Shown here: positions 15,661 to 23,595 of the stretch, one piece after another | Layout: each line of letters starts with the position of its first letter | How positions within the stretch are numbered: position 1 is the stretch's first letter | DNA from: Thermoanaerobacteraceae bacterium | GTDB lineage: Bacteria > Bacillota > JADQBR01 | DNA length: 24,000 bases | Direction: 5' to 3' | Assembly (NCBI GenBank): GCA_017656305.1 | Contig: JACDOG010000002.1 | Coordinates: 18,121-42,120 of the forward strand | Position numbers and translations under genes: made by a program | Notes under the pieces: generated by a model | Database searches by the model: none | Told to the model about the DNA's origin: nothing | What the model saw: only the letters and a program-made list of their open reading frames with translations

Positions 15661-16302
15661 GTGAGGATAGTGGAGTGCATTTTGTGTAGATACCCGGCAA
15701 AAGTTATTAAAGGTACCCAAAAAACTTACTATCACTGCAGCAACTGTGATTTAATATTTTTGGATGAGCGTTTTTTAGTGGATAGTGAAACAGAAAAAAG
15801 CAGGTACCTGGAACACGATAACACTCTGGAAAATGCCGGCTATGTGAATATGTTCAACAAGTTTATCGCCAATGCGGTTATTCCTTATACTTCCGGCCAC
15901 CGCCATGTACTGGATTTTGGCAGCGGTCCCGGACCGGTTCTGAAGGTATTGCTGGAACGGCAGGGATTTACTGTGGAAATTTACGACCCGTATTTTGCAC
16001 CGAGAAAATTTTCCGGAGCGGATAAATTTGACATCATCACATGTACGGAAGTTATCGAACACATCTACACGCCCCGGGAAACCTGGGAGTTTTTTTGCGT
16101 GCATTTAAAGCCGGGCGGCCTGCTTGCAATGATGACTTTATTTCACCGCTATCCCGAACAGTTTCAAAACTGGTGGTATAAGGAAGACATTACCCACGTG
16201 GCATTTTACAGTAAAAGGACGTTTTCCTGGATTACGGAACACTACCCATTGAAATTGTTTTACATTGACAGTAAAAATACCTTGACACTACAGCGCATTT
16301 GA
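15661..16302 (+). CDS. Class I SAM-dependent methyltransferase with an N-terminal zinc ribbon
   Basis: CILC...CSNC (two CxxC pairs) in the first 30 aa, then SAM-binding motif I VLDFGSGPGPV and the acidic loop EIYDP. The start (GTG 15661 or 15670) is uncertain. Confidence 0.8.
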   Translation: MRIVECILCRYPAKVIKGTQKTYYHCSNCDLIFLDERFLVDSETEKSRYLEHDNTLENAGYVNMFNKFIANAVIPYTSGHRHVLDFGSGPGPVLKVLLERQGFTVEIYDPYFAPRKFSGADKFDIITCTEVIEHIYTPRETWEFFCVHLKPGGLLAMMTLFHRYPEQFQNWWYKEDITHVAFYSKRTFSWITEHYPLKLFYIDSKNTLTLQRI

Positions 16303-16317
16303 GGCAGGAGGGTGTAC

Positions 16318-16665
16318 ATGGACAAACTATTGGATATTGTTTTTGCCGTTGCGGTTGGCGTTGGTATGATTATTGTATTCTGGGGTATTATTTACGGCTT
16401 TCTCCATAACGTCTATGCGGCAGGATACTTTATCCGTTTGAAAATGTTGCTTGGTAGCTTACAGCGGGACATTACTGAGGACAAGGTGAGGCGTTACCTG
16501 CACTTTATAAAGATGCTTAAACCGGCTGTAGTGCACAATTACAACAGCCTGCAGGAACTGCTCCACCAGGGGCACAGCCTGTTAACTGCCTCCGGTGCCG
16601 TAGAGGATAAGTACAAACGGCAGCTTGAGGAGATTTACGAACGGCTGCGAGTAGATCAGGATTAA
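16318..16665 (+). CDS. Hypothetical protein with an N-terminal TM helix, 115 aa
   Basis: ATG at 16318 lies 6 nt after SD AGGAGG (16306-16311). The TM segment is IVFAVAVGVGMIIVFWGIIYGF. It starts 15 nt after the methyltransferase stop, so it is probably co-transcribed. Confidence 0.55.
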   Translation: MDKLLDIVFAVAVGVGMIIVFWGIIYGFLHNVYAAGYFIRLKMLLGSLQRDITEDKVRRYLHFIKMLKPAVVHNYNSLQELLHQGHSLLTASGAVEDKYKRQLEEIYERLRVDQD

Positions 16666-16821
16666 GTTGCTACAACAATTACCAATGATGATAGGCAGTA
16701 ATGATAAATACTATAGTTGCACTATTCAGTCTAAATGATAACGATTTACAATTAGATGCTGTTGTGTTAAGATATAGGCGTTGCGGTAACAAAATAATGT
16801 TGAAAAATGGAGCAGGTTACC

Positions 16822-18195
16822 ATGTTCAATAATTTAGTGGTGAAGATTAGGAGCACCGCCAGTTTTTTATTGGCGGTACTTTATTTGGTACAACTGCTGG
16901 TGCAGTGGAACTGGTTGGACAATTTCATTAAACTTTTGCTGGTATTTGTCCTGGTATTGAGTTTGTTGGCAGTGCGGGGAACTTCCCGTATAATTGGTTA
17001 CGTGTTATTTTTGGCAGGTGGTGCTATCCTGATTCTTTACCGGGCACCGCTTTCTGTTTGGGTGCAGGCATTGAACCGCAACCTGTACTTACTGGTGATG
17101 TTTACTCTAGTACCCCTGCTGGAAATTCCTATTCGTCGCGGCGGGTACATGGAGGCTTTGAGAGGTTTTTTCCGGCGGTACATCCGGCGTGACAACCAGT
17201 TTTATTTGCTGCTTAACACTTTAACTTTTTTTATTGCCGTAATGCTCAATGTGGCTGCAGTTCCGCTTATGTACCAAATTGGTCAGGCAAGTGAAAAAAG
17301 CAAAAACCACCGGTTGGTAAGTACGGCAATCATTAGAGGGTTTGCTGCTTCGGTGATGTGGTCTCCTAGTTATGCTGCTGTAGCGTTAATTATTGACTTG
17401 ACCGATGCCGATTGGGTAGACTATTTTCCCTACGGCTTATTTATGGGGATTTTAGCACTGCTTTTGGGCTGGCTGATGACCGTGCGCGGGGAAAGGGAAG
17501 ATGGTACCGTTTCCAAAGATGCCGGTACGGGTATGGCAGTGGAGTGGACAAAGATTGCGGAATTGATAACTTTCGGCGTGATTCTGATTGCCGGCATCGT
17601 CTTTATTTCGGTAAAGACGGGTATTAATACCGTGATCGTTGTAGCCATGATGTCGTTGTTTTTTCCCTTGCTCTGGCTGGCTGTTATCCGGCGGCTGCCT
17701 GTTTTAGTAGAAGAGTTTCGTACGGTATATTTCCAGGATAATTTACCTAAAGTAAAAAATTTGGTTGTGTTGTTCCTTGGTGCTGGTTTTTTGGCCACTG
17801 CCATCAATTTTTCCGACTTGGGATACTTGATACCGCAGTTGTTTTACGGGCTTATAGGTACTAACGCCGTGCTGTTTACTATTATGGTCATGGTCCTGGT
17901 GGCGTTATTTTCGGCTGCAGGTGTGCACCCGATTATTACCGTAACCATTATTGCGACTACCGTTGACCCGGCAACCTACGGCGTGACCAATACCTTTATG
18001 GCGTTACTGCTTGCTTCCAGCTGGTCGGTAGGTGTGGCCGTGTCCCCGTCCTCGGCCATGAATATTGCCATGGCCGGCCTGGTGGAACGCTCGCCGCTGG
18101 ATGTTGGCCCCAGGTGGAACGGCGGGTATATTGTTGTATTGATGTTAATGATAGCGGTAATTGTCGATTTACTGCTAAGCATTGGTGTGTTTTAA
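16822..18195 (+). CDS. Polytopic integral membrane protein (at least 10 TM), putative transporter of unknown specificity
   Basis: A long, uniformly hydrophobic ORF. ATG 16822 has GGAG 9 nt upstream, while the alternative ATG 16807 has no SD. No family motif recognised by eye. Confidence 0.7.
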   Translation: MFNNLVVKIRSTASFLLAVLYLVQLLVQWNWLDNFIKLLLVFVLVLSLLAVRGTSRIIGYVLFLAGGAILILYRAPLSVWVQALNRNLYLLVMFTLVPLLEIPIRRGGYMEALRGFFRRYIRRDNQFYLLLNTLTFFIAVMLNVAAVPLMYQIGQASEKSKNHRLVSTAIIRGFAASVMWSPSYAAVALIIDLTDADWVDYFPYGLFMGILALLLGWLMTVRGEREDGTVSKDAGTGMAVEWTKIAELITFGVILIAGIVFISVKTGINTVIVVAMMSLFFPLLWLAVIRRLPVLVEEFRTVYFQDNLPKVKNLVVLFLGAGFLATAINFSDLGYLIPQLFYGLIGTNAVLFTIMVMVLVALFSAAGVHPIITVTIIATTVDPATYGVTNTFMALLLASSWSVGVAVSPSSAMNIAMAGLVERSPLDVGPRWNGGYIVVLMLMIAVIVDLLLSIGVF

Positions 18196-18210
18196 CGATC
18201 GCAAAATATT

Positions 18211-18245
18211 AAAGCTTCTACCCGATTAACCAGGATAGAAGCTTT
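18211..18245. terminator. Bidirectional terminator hairpin
   Basis: aaagcttcta (18211-18220) and tagaagcttt (18236-18245) form a perfect 10-bp stem, with A/T runs at the ends on both strands. It sits between the convergent membrane-protein gene and the 35-aa ORF. Confidence 0.7.
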
Positions 18246-18247
18246 AA

Positions 18248-18355
18248 TTATTTAATGCTGATTTTCTTGGGATATGCAAAGCCCAAAACATTTTCCATAA
18301 TCCACCGGATATTTTTCTCCTTGCGTTTGATGAGACTTTCAGTGTATTTGCTCAT
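18248..18355 (-). CDS. Small protein, 35 aa (MSKYTESLIKRKEKNIRWIMENVLGFAYPKKISIK)
   Basis: SD GAGGAGGTGG (18372-18363, minus strand) lies 9 nt before ATG 18355. An in-frame ATG two codons upstream is too close to the SD. The ORF has its own promoter, an operator-like box upstream, and a terminator immediately downstream. Confidence 0.45.
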   Translation of the reverse strand: MSKYTESLIKRKEKNIRWIMENVLGFAYPKKISIK

Positions 18356-18370
18356 GTCCATCCACCTCCT

Positions 18371-18386
18371 CGATAATGGTTATCAA
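18371..18386. promoter_or_regulatory. Fur-family 7-1-7 box-like inverted repeat
   Basis: The minus strand reads TGATAAC-c-ATTATCG, against the Bacillus Fur consensus TGATAAT-N-ATTATCA (12 of 14). It lies 5 nt downstream of the putative -10, covering the expected transcription start. Confidence 0.45.
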
Positions 18387-18391
18387 TTATT

Positions 18392-18419
18392 ATAATAATA
18401 TCTTTGGGCTCCATGTCAA
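18392..18419 (-). promoter_or_regulatory. Sigma-A type promoter for the 35-aa ORF
   Basis: The minus strand reads TTGACA (18419-18414), a 16-nt spacer, then TATTAT (18397-18392). Confidence 0.45.
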
Positions 18420-18490
18420 GAGTTTTTAATATTAATCCATATATTTTTTTCTACCAGTGTTCCTGGCGAAAAAACGGGCTCTGTAGCATT

Positions 18491-19270
18491 TTATCCCAAA
18501 ACGTTATCCAAAAACATCATGATGACAAAACCCAGCAGTAAGGCGTGGGTGGCCGCTTTGGAAGCTGAATTTTTCTGTGCTTCCGGGATGATTTCGTGAC
18601 TGATGACAAACAGCATGGCACCTGCGGCAAAAGCTAGTGCCCACGGCAGGAGCTGTGCTGTAATCTGTACCAAGCCGACGCCCAGCAGTCCTCCAATTGG
18701 TTCAACCAGACCGGTGGCCAAAGCTATTAAAAATACCTTCCAGGTGGAAAGACCTTCGCGAAGTAAAGGTAGTGCTACAGCCAAACCTTCAGGTATGTTC
18801 TGCAGGCCAATGGCTATTGCTAGGCTTAAACCGTTTGCAATATTGCCGATGCCGAAGCCGACACCGACTGCCAATCCTTCTGGAAAGTTGTGAATAGTGA
18901 TGGCGGCAACGAATAACCAGGCTCTACGCAGATTATTATGATTGCGCCGAGGTCCTTTCATCAAGTTGGTATCGGGGAAATAGGTATCGACTTTGTCTAA
19001 GAAAACCCCTCCGATAAGAATTCCGCCCAGTACGATGGCCGCTGCTTTTACACCCCCACCTGCACCTTCCAGTGCCGGAATGATCAGGCTGAAAGAAGTG
19101 GCAGCAAGCATTACGCCGGCGGCAAATCCTAATAATACATCCAGCAAGTTTTTGGGGATATTTCTGGTAAAAAAAATGGGAGTTGCGCCAACTCCTGTAG
19201 CCAATCCTGCTGCAAGGCTGGCCAGTAAACCCAAGGCAATGATGTTATAGCTGTGCAGGAATTCAGCCAC
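18491..19270 (-). CDS. zupT: ZIP-family divalent metal (Zn/Fe) transporter, ZupT-like
   Basis: 259 aa with about eight TM helices. ZIP signatures HNFPEGLAVG, QNIPEGLAVA and SHEIIPEA are present. GTG start follows SD AAAGGAGGT with 7-nt spacing. Confidence 0.9.
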   Translation of the reverse strand: MAEFLHSYNIIALGLLASLAAGLATGVGATPIFFTRNIPKNLLDVLLGFAAGVMLAATSFSLIIPALEGAGGGVKAAAIVLGGILIGGVFLDKVDTYFPDTNLMKGPRRNHNNLRRAWLFVAAITIHNFPEGLAVGVGFGIGNIANGLSLAIAIGLQNIPEGLAVALPLLREGLSTWKVFLIALATGLVEPIGGLLGVGLVQITAQLLPWALAFAAGAMLFVISHEIIPEAQKNSASKAATHALLLGFVIMMFLDNVLG

Positions 19271-19418
19271 TGCAACTACCTCCTTTTTGTCAATATCAAA
19301 ATATGTATGAGAAAATGTTTGGTGTTTGTCTCTAGGGAAACTTTTTTAGATTAGGACAGTTGTATAAGTAATAGCGAAGTTATTATTAAGTATTACTGTA
19401 ATTTTTATCGTAAACCTA

Positions 19419-19447
19419 TTGACAGCGAAAATACATATCAGTATACT
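19419..19447 (+). promoter_or_regulatory. Sigma-A type promoter of the Fe-S / cytochrome b operon
   Basis: TTGACA (19419-19424), a 17-nt spacer, then TATACT (19442-19447). This is ~65 nt upstream of the GTG start. Confidence 0.6.
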
Positions 19448-19510
19448 AGAAAACACACGGATGATGTACCGGGTATGGGTAGTACACACAGGAGTAAAGG
19501 AGGGCTTACA

Positions 19511-20509
19511 GTGGGAGAAATCTCACGGAGAGAATTTATAAAACGTGGAATTGCCGCAGGAGTTGCCGGGGGGGTGGCGTTATCGGGAATCAAGACAGCT
19601 GAAGCAGCTACCGGCGAACCTATAGGAACATTAATTGACCTGACAAAATGTGATGGCTGTAAGGGACAGAAGGTGCCTGCATGCGTAACCGCATGCCGCG
19701 ACGAAAACAAGGATAAGTTTCCTGAACCCATTGAAAATATCGGTGATTATTGGCCGCAAAAGAAGCACGAAGACTGGTCGGACAAAAGACATTTGACAAA
19801 CCGTTTAACCCCTTATAACTGGACGTTTGTGCAGAACGTTAAGGTTCAGCATAACGGCAAAGAGGTAGAAGTCTCCATACCGCGGCGCTGTATGCACTGC
19901 GATAACCCGCCATGTGCCAACCTCTGCCCGTTTAGCGCGCAGGAGAAAAAACCGGAAGGCCCGGTGGTAATTGATCCTAACATCTGTTTTGGTGGGGCAA
20001 AGTGCCGCAGTGTCTGCCCGTGGGGTATTCCGGCAAGGCAGGCAGGAGTGGGACTTTACTTGAAAGTTGCCCCAAAATTTGCCGGGGGCGGCGTAATGTA
20101 CAAGTGTGATCTTTGTTATGACCGGATTTCTCAGGGTAAACTGCCGGCTTGTGTGGAGGCATGTCCTAAGGGTGCCATTCAGTTTGGACCTAAAAAGAAA
20201 ATGCTAAAGCAGGCAAAAGAGAAAGCCAAAGCAATAAATGGTTATATCTACGGTGAAAAAGAAAATGGCGGAACTTCCACTTTCTATGTTTCGCCGGTTC
20301 CGTTTGAAAAGATTCATAAGCATCTGATGGCGCAGAAAGCCAAGCAGAAAAATCCCAAGGCTCCCGGTTTTCCGGGAATGCCGGTAGGTGTGGGTAACTT
20401 CCTGGATACACCCAACGGAGTGGCTGCCGGAATGTTAATAGCACCTGTTGCCGGTGCCTTTGCAGCCGGGTATGCGGCTGTGAAAACCATGAAGGGGGAG
20501 AAAAAATAA
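19511..20509 (+). CDS. Tat-exported, C-terminally anchored four-cluster Fe-S protein (HybA / FdnH / DmsB family)
   Basis: GTG at 19511 lies 6 nt after SD AAAGGAGGG. Twin-arginine signal SRREFIKRGIAAG...AEA. Cys groups: CDGCKGQKVPACVTAC, CMHCDNPPCANLCP, CFGGAKCRSVCP and CDLCYDRISQGKLPACVEACP. HybA-like YGEKENGGTSTFYV and a C-terminal TM (VAAGMLIAPVAGAFAAGYAAV) are present. Confidence 0.85.
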   Translation: MGEISRREFIKRGIAAGVAGGVALSGIKTAEAATGEPIGTLIDLTKCDGCKGQKVPACVTACRDENKDKFPEPIENIGDYWPQKKHEDWSDKRHLTNRLTPYNWTFVQNVKVQHNGKEVEVSIPRRCMHCDNPPCANLCPFSAQEKKPEGPVVIDPNICFGGAKCRSVCPWGIPARQAGVGLYLKVAPKFAGGGVMYKCDLCYDRISQGKLPACVEACPKGAIQFGPKKKMLKQAKEKAKAINGYIYGEKENGGTSTFYVSPVPFEKIHKHLMAQKAKQKNPKAPGFPGMPVGVGNFLDTPNGVAAGMLIAPVAGAFAAGYAAVKTMKGEKK

Positions 20510-21192
20510 TGAGCAGCAGTAACAGGAAAATCAAACGCCATGGCTTTTCCGTCCGGTTTGTGCACTGGACGGTAGCGATTTCCACGTTTTTGCTGATATT
20601 TTCCGGCTTCGGGCAGTTGCCCCTGTATAAAAGATATATGGTTGACCAGTTACCGTTGCTGGGTTGGACGTCCAATTTTGGCGTGACGTTAATGATACAT
20701 TATATAGCTGCTATTGCGCTGTCATTTGCCGTGGTTTACCACATTGTATTTCACGTCATACGCAAAGAATATGATATTCTCCCAAAACGGGGGGATTTCA
20801 AAGAATCAGTACAGATTATCATGGCCATGCTCGGTAAGGGTGAAGAACCAGAAAACGACAAGTACCTGGCGGAGCAGCGGTTGGCCTACGCATTTATCGG
20901 TGTAAGCCTGCTTTTGATCTTGGTAACGGGGCATATCAAGGTCTTGAAAAATCTGCAAACGGTTACTTTTCCCGACAGTATTCTCGGGCTGGCCACAACC
21001 TTGCATAATGTAGCCACGTTTATGGTCTTATTTGGTATTATCGGTCACCTGGCAGCGTTTATTTTCAAAGAAAACAGGGCATTACTTCCCGGTATCTTTA
21101 CCGGTGAGATTGATGAGGAATACGCCAAAAAACGCCACAGCAAGTGGTACAACAGGTTGAACAAACAGGACAGGTTTAATATCAGCGGTTAA
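20509..21192 (+). CDS. Membrane b-type cytochrome (FdnI / HyaC-like, four TM)
   Basis: The start overlaps the upstream stop (TAATG). FSVRFVHWTVAISTFLLIFSG is typical of the family N-terminus. Conserved His residues sit in TM helices (HW, HYIAA...YHIVFH, GH, LHN...GH). Confidence 0.85.
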   Translation: MSSSNRKIKRHGFSVRFVHWTVAISTFLLIFSGFGQLPLYKRYMVDQLPLLGWTSNFGVTLMIHYIAAIALSFAVVYHIVFHVIRKEYDILPKRGDFKESVQIIMAMLGKGEEPENDKYLAEQRLAYAFIGVSLLLILVTGHIKVLKNLQTVTFPDSILGLATTLHNVATFMVLFGIIGHLAAFIFKENRALLPGIFTGEIDEEYAKKRHSKWYNRLNKQDRFNISG

Positions 21193-21640
21193 CAAGTTTT
21201 GCCGCGGGAATAACCCTGCCAGCCTGACCAACCGGAGATAGCCGGTGATGCTGTAGTAGAGTTGCACCTCAAGTTTAATATACATTTATTACGAAATATT
21301 GGTCAGGTAAAGTCCCGCCGCCTTCACAGGTTATGACCGCGGCACTTTTCATACAGGCCCCAACCCCCATTATTTTATATAGATGAAGAGGCTCTCGTGT
21401 TTACTGCACGGGAGCTTCTTTAATATCTGCCCGGCGGCGTTGTCCAAGGGGGGATTTTTTGTTGGTCACTTGTAAGATTCTCCAATTTGGGGTGAAGTCC
21501 TTTCTTTTTGTCTTACATCCCTTGGTATATAAGAGTTATATATTATGCAAAATCCTTAATTAAAAACCGTGCTGAAGTTGTTGAATTGACAGGTTAGTGG
21601 TAACATAATAAAAAAAAAATAACCTGCAGGTGATTGTTAA

Positions 21641-22006
21641 ATGGAACGGTATCAAAAAGTATTTAAGGCATTGGGAGAAAGGACCAGGTTAAAAATTATA
21701 AAACTGCTGGCCACGCAATCTTTCTGTGTCTGCGAGTTGGCGGCTGCTCTGGATATGCGGCAGCCGCGGATTTCCCAGCACCTGAAAATATTGAAGGAAG
21801 CCGGGCTTGTTAGCGAGCGGAAAGAGGCGTACTGGAATTACTATTCCTTGGAGAAGGAGTACTTGAACGAGGTAATGCAGGAATTTCAAAGCTTCCTGCA
21901 ACAGCCCCTGGCGGAGACGCCGGGATTTGATGAAGTGGCGCAAAAAGTTGCCTGTTTGGATGAAGACCAGAGGGTGAAGGAAACCAAAAGAAAACTTAAA
22001 AGTTAG
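21641..22006 (+). CDS. arsR: ArsR/SmtB-family metalloregulator with a CVC motif
   Basis: ERTRLKIIKLLATQSFCVCELAAALDMRQPRISQHLKILKEAGLV shows a winged HTH with the ELCVC-type As(III)/metal-sensing Cys pair at the alpha-3 position. Confidence 0.9.
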   Translation: MERYQKVFKALGERTRLKIIKLLATQSFCVCELAAALDMRQPRISQHLKILKEAGLVSERKEAYWNYYSLEKEYLNEVMQEFQSFLQQPLAETPGFDEVAQKVACLDEDQRVKETKRKLKS

Positions 22007-22160
22007 TGTTGGGGCAACTTCTCAGTCTGCAGTCTTATAAGGCTGCTACAACGACCTGCAGCGGACGGATGACAGCTTTAAACAGGGAGGCATTTCCGAT
22101 ATTATCGGCGGCGGTGCGTCACAGCTTGATACCAGAGTAGAGGTAGTTAAATTATAAGCA

Positions 22161-22206
22161 AAATCGGGGATATCACCCGGCAGGAAACCGGTGATATCCC
22201 CGATTT
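22161..22206. terminator. Strong bidirectional terminator between arsR and the histidine kinase gene
   Basis: aaatcggggatatcacc (22161-22177) pairs perfectly over 17 bp with ggtgatatccccgattt (22190-22206). It is flanked by an A-run on the left and a T-run on the right, and abuts the kinase stop codon. Confidence 0.85.
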
Positions 22207-23595
22207 TTATCCTTGATTTATTGGCTGCTTCGGTAATATGACCGTGAAAACACTGCCGCCCTGCGGCTGGTTGGCGGCGGTAATGGTTCCACCATGTGCT
22301 TCTACAAATCCCTTGGCAATGGCCAGGCCCAGGCCCGTGCCGCCGGTGGACCGGGTGCGGGCCTTATCACTGCGGTAAAATCGTTCAAAAATGTACGGCA
22401 GGTCCTTTTCCGGTATGCCCGGCCCGGTGTCGGCTATGGAAATTTCCACGCTTCCATTGGTTTCAGTTACCCTGACGTTAATCTTCCCACCGTCCGGGGT
22501 GTAGCGGACAGCGTTGCCCACCAGGTTAAAGAGCACCTGCTTTATTCTTTTACTGTCAACGGTTACAGGCAAACTTTTTGTGGGAAAATCCGTTTTTATA
22601 TCTAAGTGCTTGGCGGCAGCTTCAAATTCCAATGCGGAGACGACATCACTGGTTAATTTAATGATATCTTCATTTTCCAGATTTAAGTGCAGCTGTCCCG
22701 CGTCGGCCAGGCTTAACTCCTGCAGGTCCCGAACCAAATAGGTCATCCTCAGCACTTCGTCATGCAGCGAGGCTAAGGTTTCCTCGCTGGGTTTGGTGAC
22801 GCCGGCCAAGAGCGATTCAAGGTTGCCTCTCAGCACTGCCAGGGGGGTGCGCAGTTCATGGGCGACGTCGGCAACCAGGGCCTGCCTGAGCTGCTCGGTT
22901 TCTGCCAAACTTTCCGCCATGCTGTTAAAAGTTTCAGCCAGGTCTGCCAGCTCATCACTGCCCGGAACAGCCACTTTTTGTTCCAGGTCGCCTTTTGCCA
23001 GACTGCGTGCGGCTGCTGTCAGGAGCTTTATTGGGCGGGATAACTTGTCGGCAAAAAATATTCCCAGGGCTGCGGCCAGTGCAATGGCAAGTAAACTGCT
23101 CCAGATAACCGAACGGTTTACCGAAGAAGAAAATATGTCTTCCATAGTTACCAGACCGGTTGGAGGCTCTACAGACACCAGTAACGTTCCCACGGTTTTT
23201 CCGTTTACTTTAATTTCCGTTCCCCGGGTTATTTCCTGGGGTGACAGCCGGGCACCCAGTTTATCGCCGTAGGAATCTACCACCACACTGCCGGAAGGGT
23301 CGGCCAGCAGTACCCGTTCCCTTGCCGCTACTGGACCGGGTCCCCGGTGGACCTGGGCACCTCTGCCCCGGCCCCGGCCAGCGGCTACCAGGCTTTGGGC
23401 GCCGGCCCAGGTTTGATTTTCCGAGTAATATCCGGAAAAAACGGTTACCCACTGCTTGAGACGCATGTTTTGATGACTGCTGACATAGGTTTGGAATGCG
23501 TTTTTCACTGCCAGGGTCACCATACCGCTGGCCAGGAGGGTGGCTACCAGGGCTATCACGGCAAAGGCAAGCGCCAGTTTGGTTTTGAGCTTCAT
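22207..23595 (-). CDS. Sensor histidine kinase (2 TM, extracytoplasmic loop, HAMP, HisKA, HATPase_c)
   Basis: H-box VAHELRTPLAVLRGNLE, N-box FNLVGNAVRYTP, G1 DTGPGIP and G2 GGTGLGLAIAKG. The start overlaps the upstream response-regulator stop (ATGA). Confidence 0.9.
   Translation of the reverse strand: MKLKTKLALAFAVIALVATLLASGMVTLAVKNAFQTYVSSHQNMRLKQWVTVFSGYYSENQTWAGAQSLVAAGRGRGRGAQVHRGPGPVAARERVLLADPSGSVVVDSYGDKLGARLSPQEITRGTEIKVNGKTVGTLLVSVEPPTGLVTMEDIFSSSVNRSVIWSSLLAIALAAALGIFFADKLSRPIKLLTAAARSLAKGDLEQKVAVPGSDELADLAETFNSMAESLAETEQLRQALVADVAHELRTPLAVLRGNLESLLAGVTKPSEETLASLHDEVLRMTYLVRDLQELSLADAGQLHLNLENEDIIKLTSDVVSALEFEAAAKHLDIKTDFPTKSLPVTVDSKRIKQVLFNLVGNAVRYTPDGGKINVRVTETNGSVEISIADTGPGIPEKDLPYIFERFYRSDKARTRSTGGTGLGLAIAKGFVEAHGGTITAANQPQGGSVFTVILPKQPINQG

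Noticed and set aside
19368-19402. Zur box upstream of zupT: GTAATA ... TATTAC-t-GTAAT.
   Set aside because: The perfect palindrome here is ATTAC-t-GTAAT, which has the half-sites everted relative to the Zur consensus GTAAT-N-ATTAC. The correctly oriented pair is 18 nt apart. It is suggestive but not a recognisable box, so it is left uncalled.
21444-21525. Nested helices CCAAGGG/CCCTTGG (21444-50 with 21519-25) and TGTAAGA/TCTTACA (21471-77 with 21511-17) in the cytochrome b to arsR intergenic region, possibly a small structured RNA.
   Set aside because: There are only two 7-bp helices with a 20/1-nt asymmetric internal loop. There is no T-run, no promoter, and no second copy for covariation. 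Chance complementarity cannot be excluded.
22020-22160. Short frames after arsR (for example ...GISDIIGGGASQLDTRVEVVKL-stop, and ATG-started MTALNREAFPILSAAVRHSLIPE).
   Set aside because: There is no credible start or SD for the longer frame. The ATG-started frame is 23 codons with a weak SD. It may be debris from a lost downstream gene, but it is not supportable as a feature.
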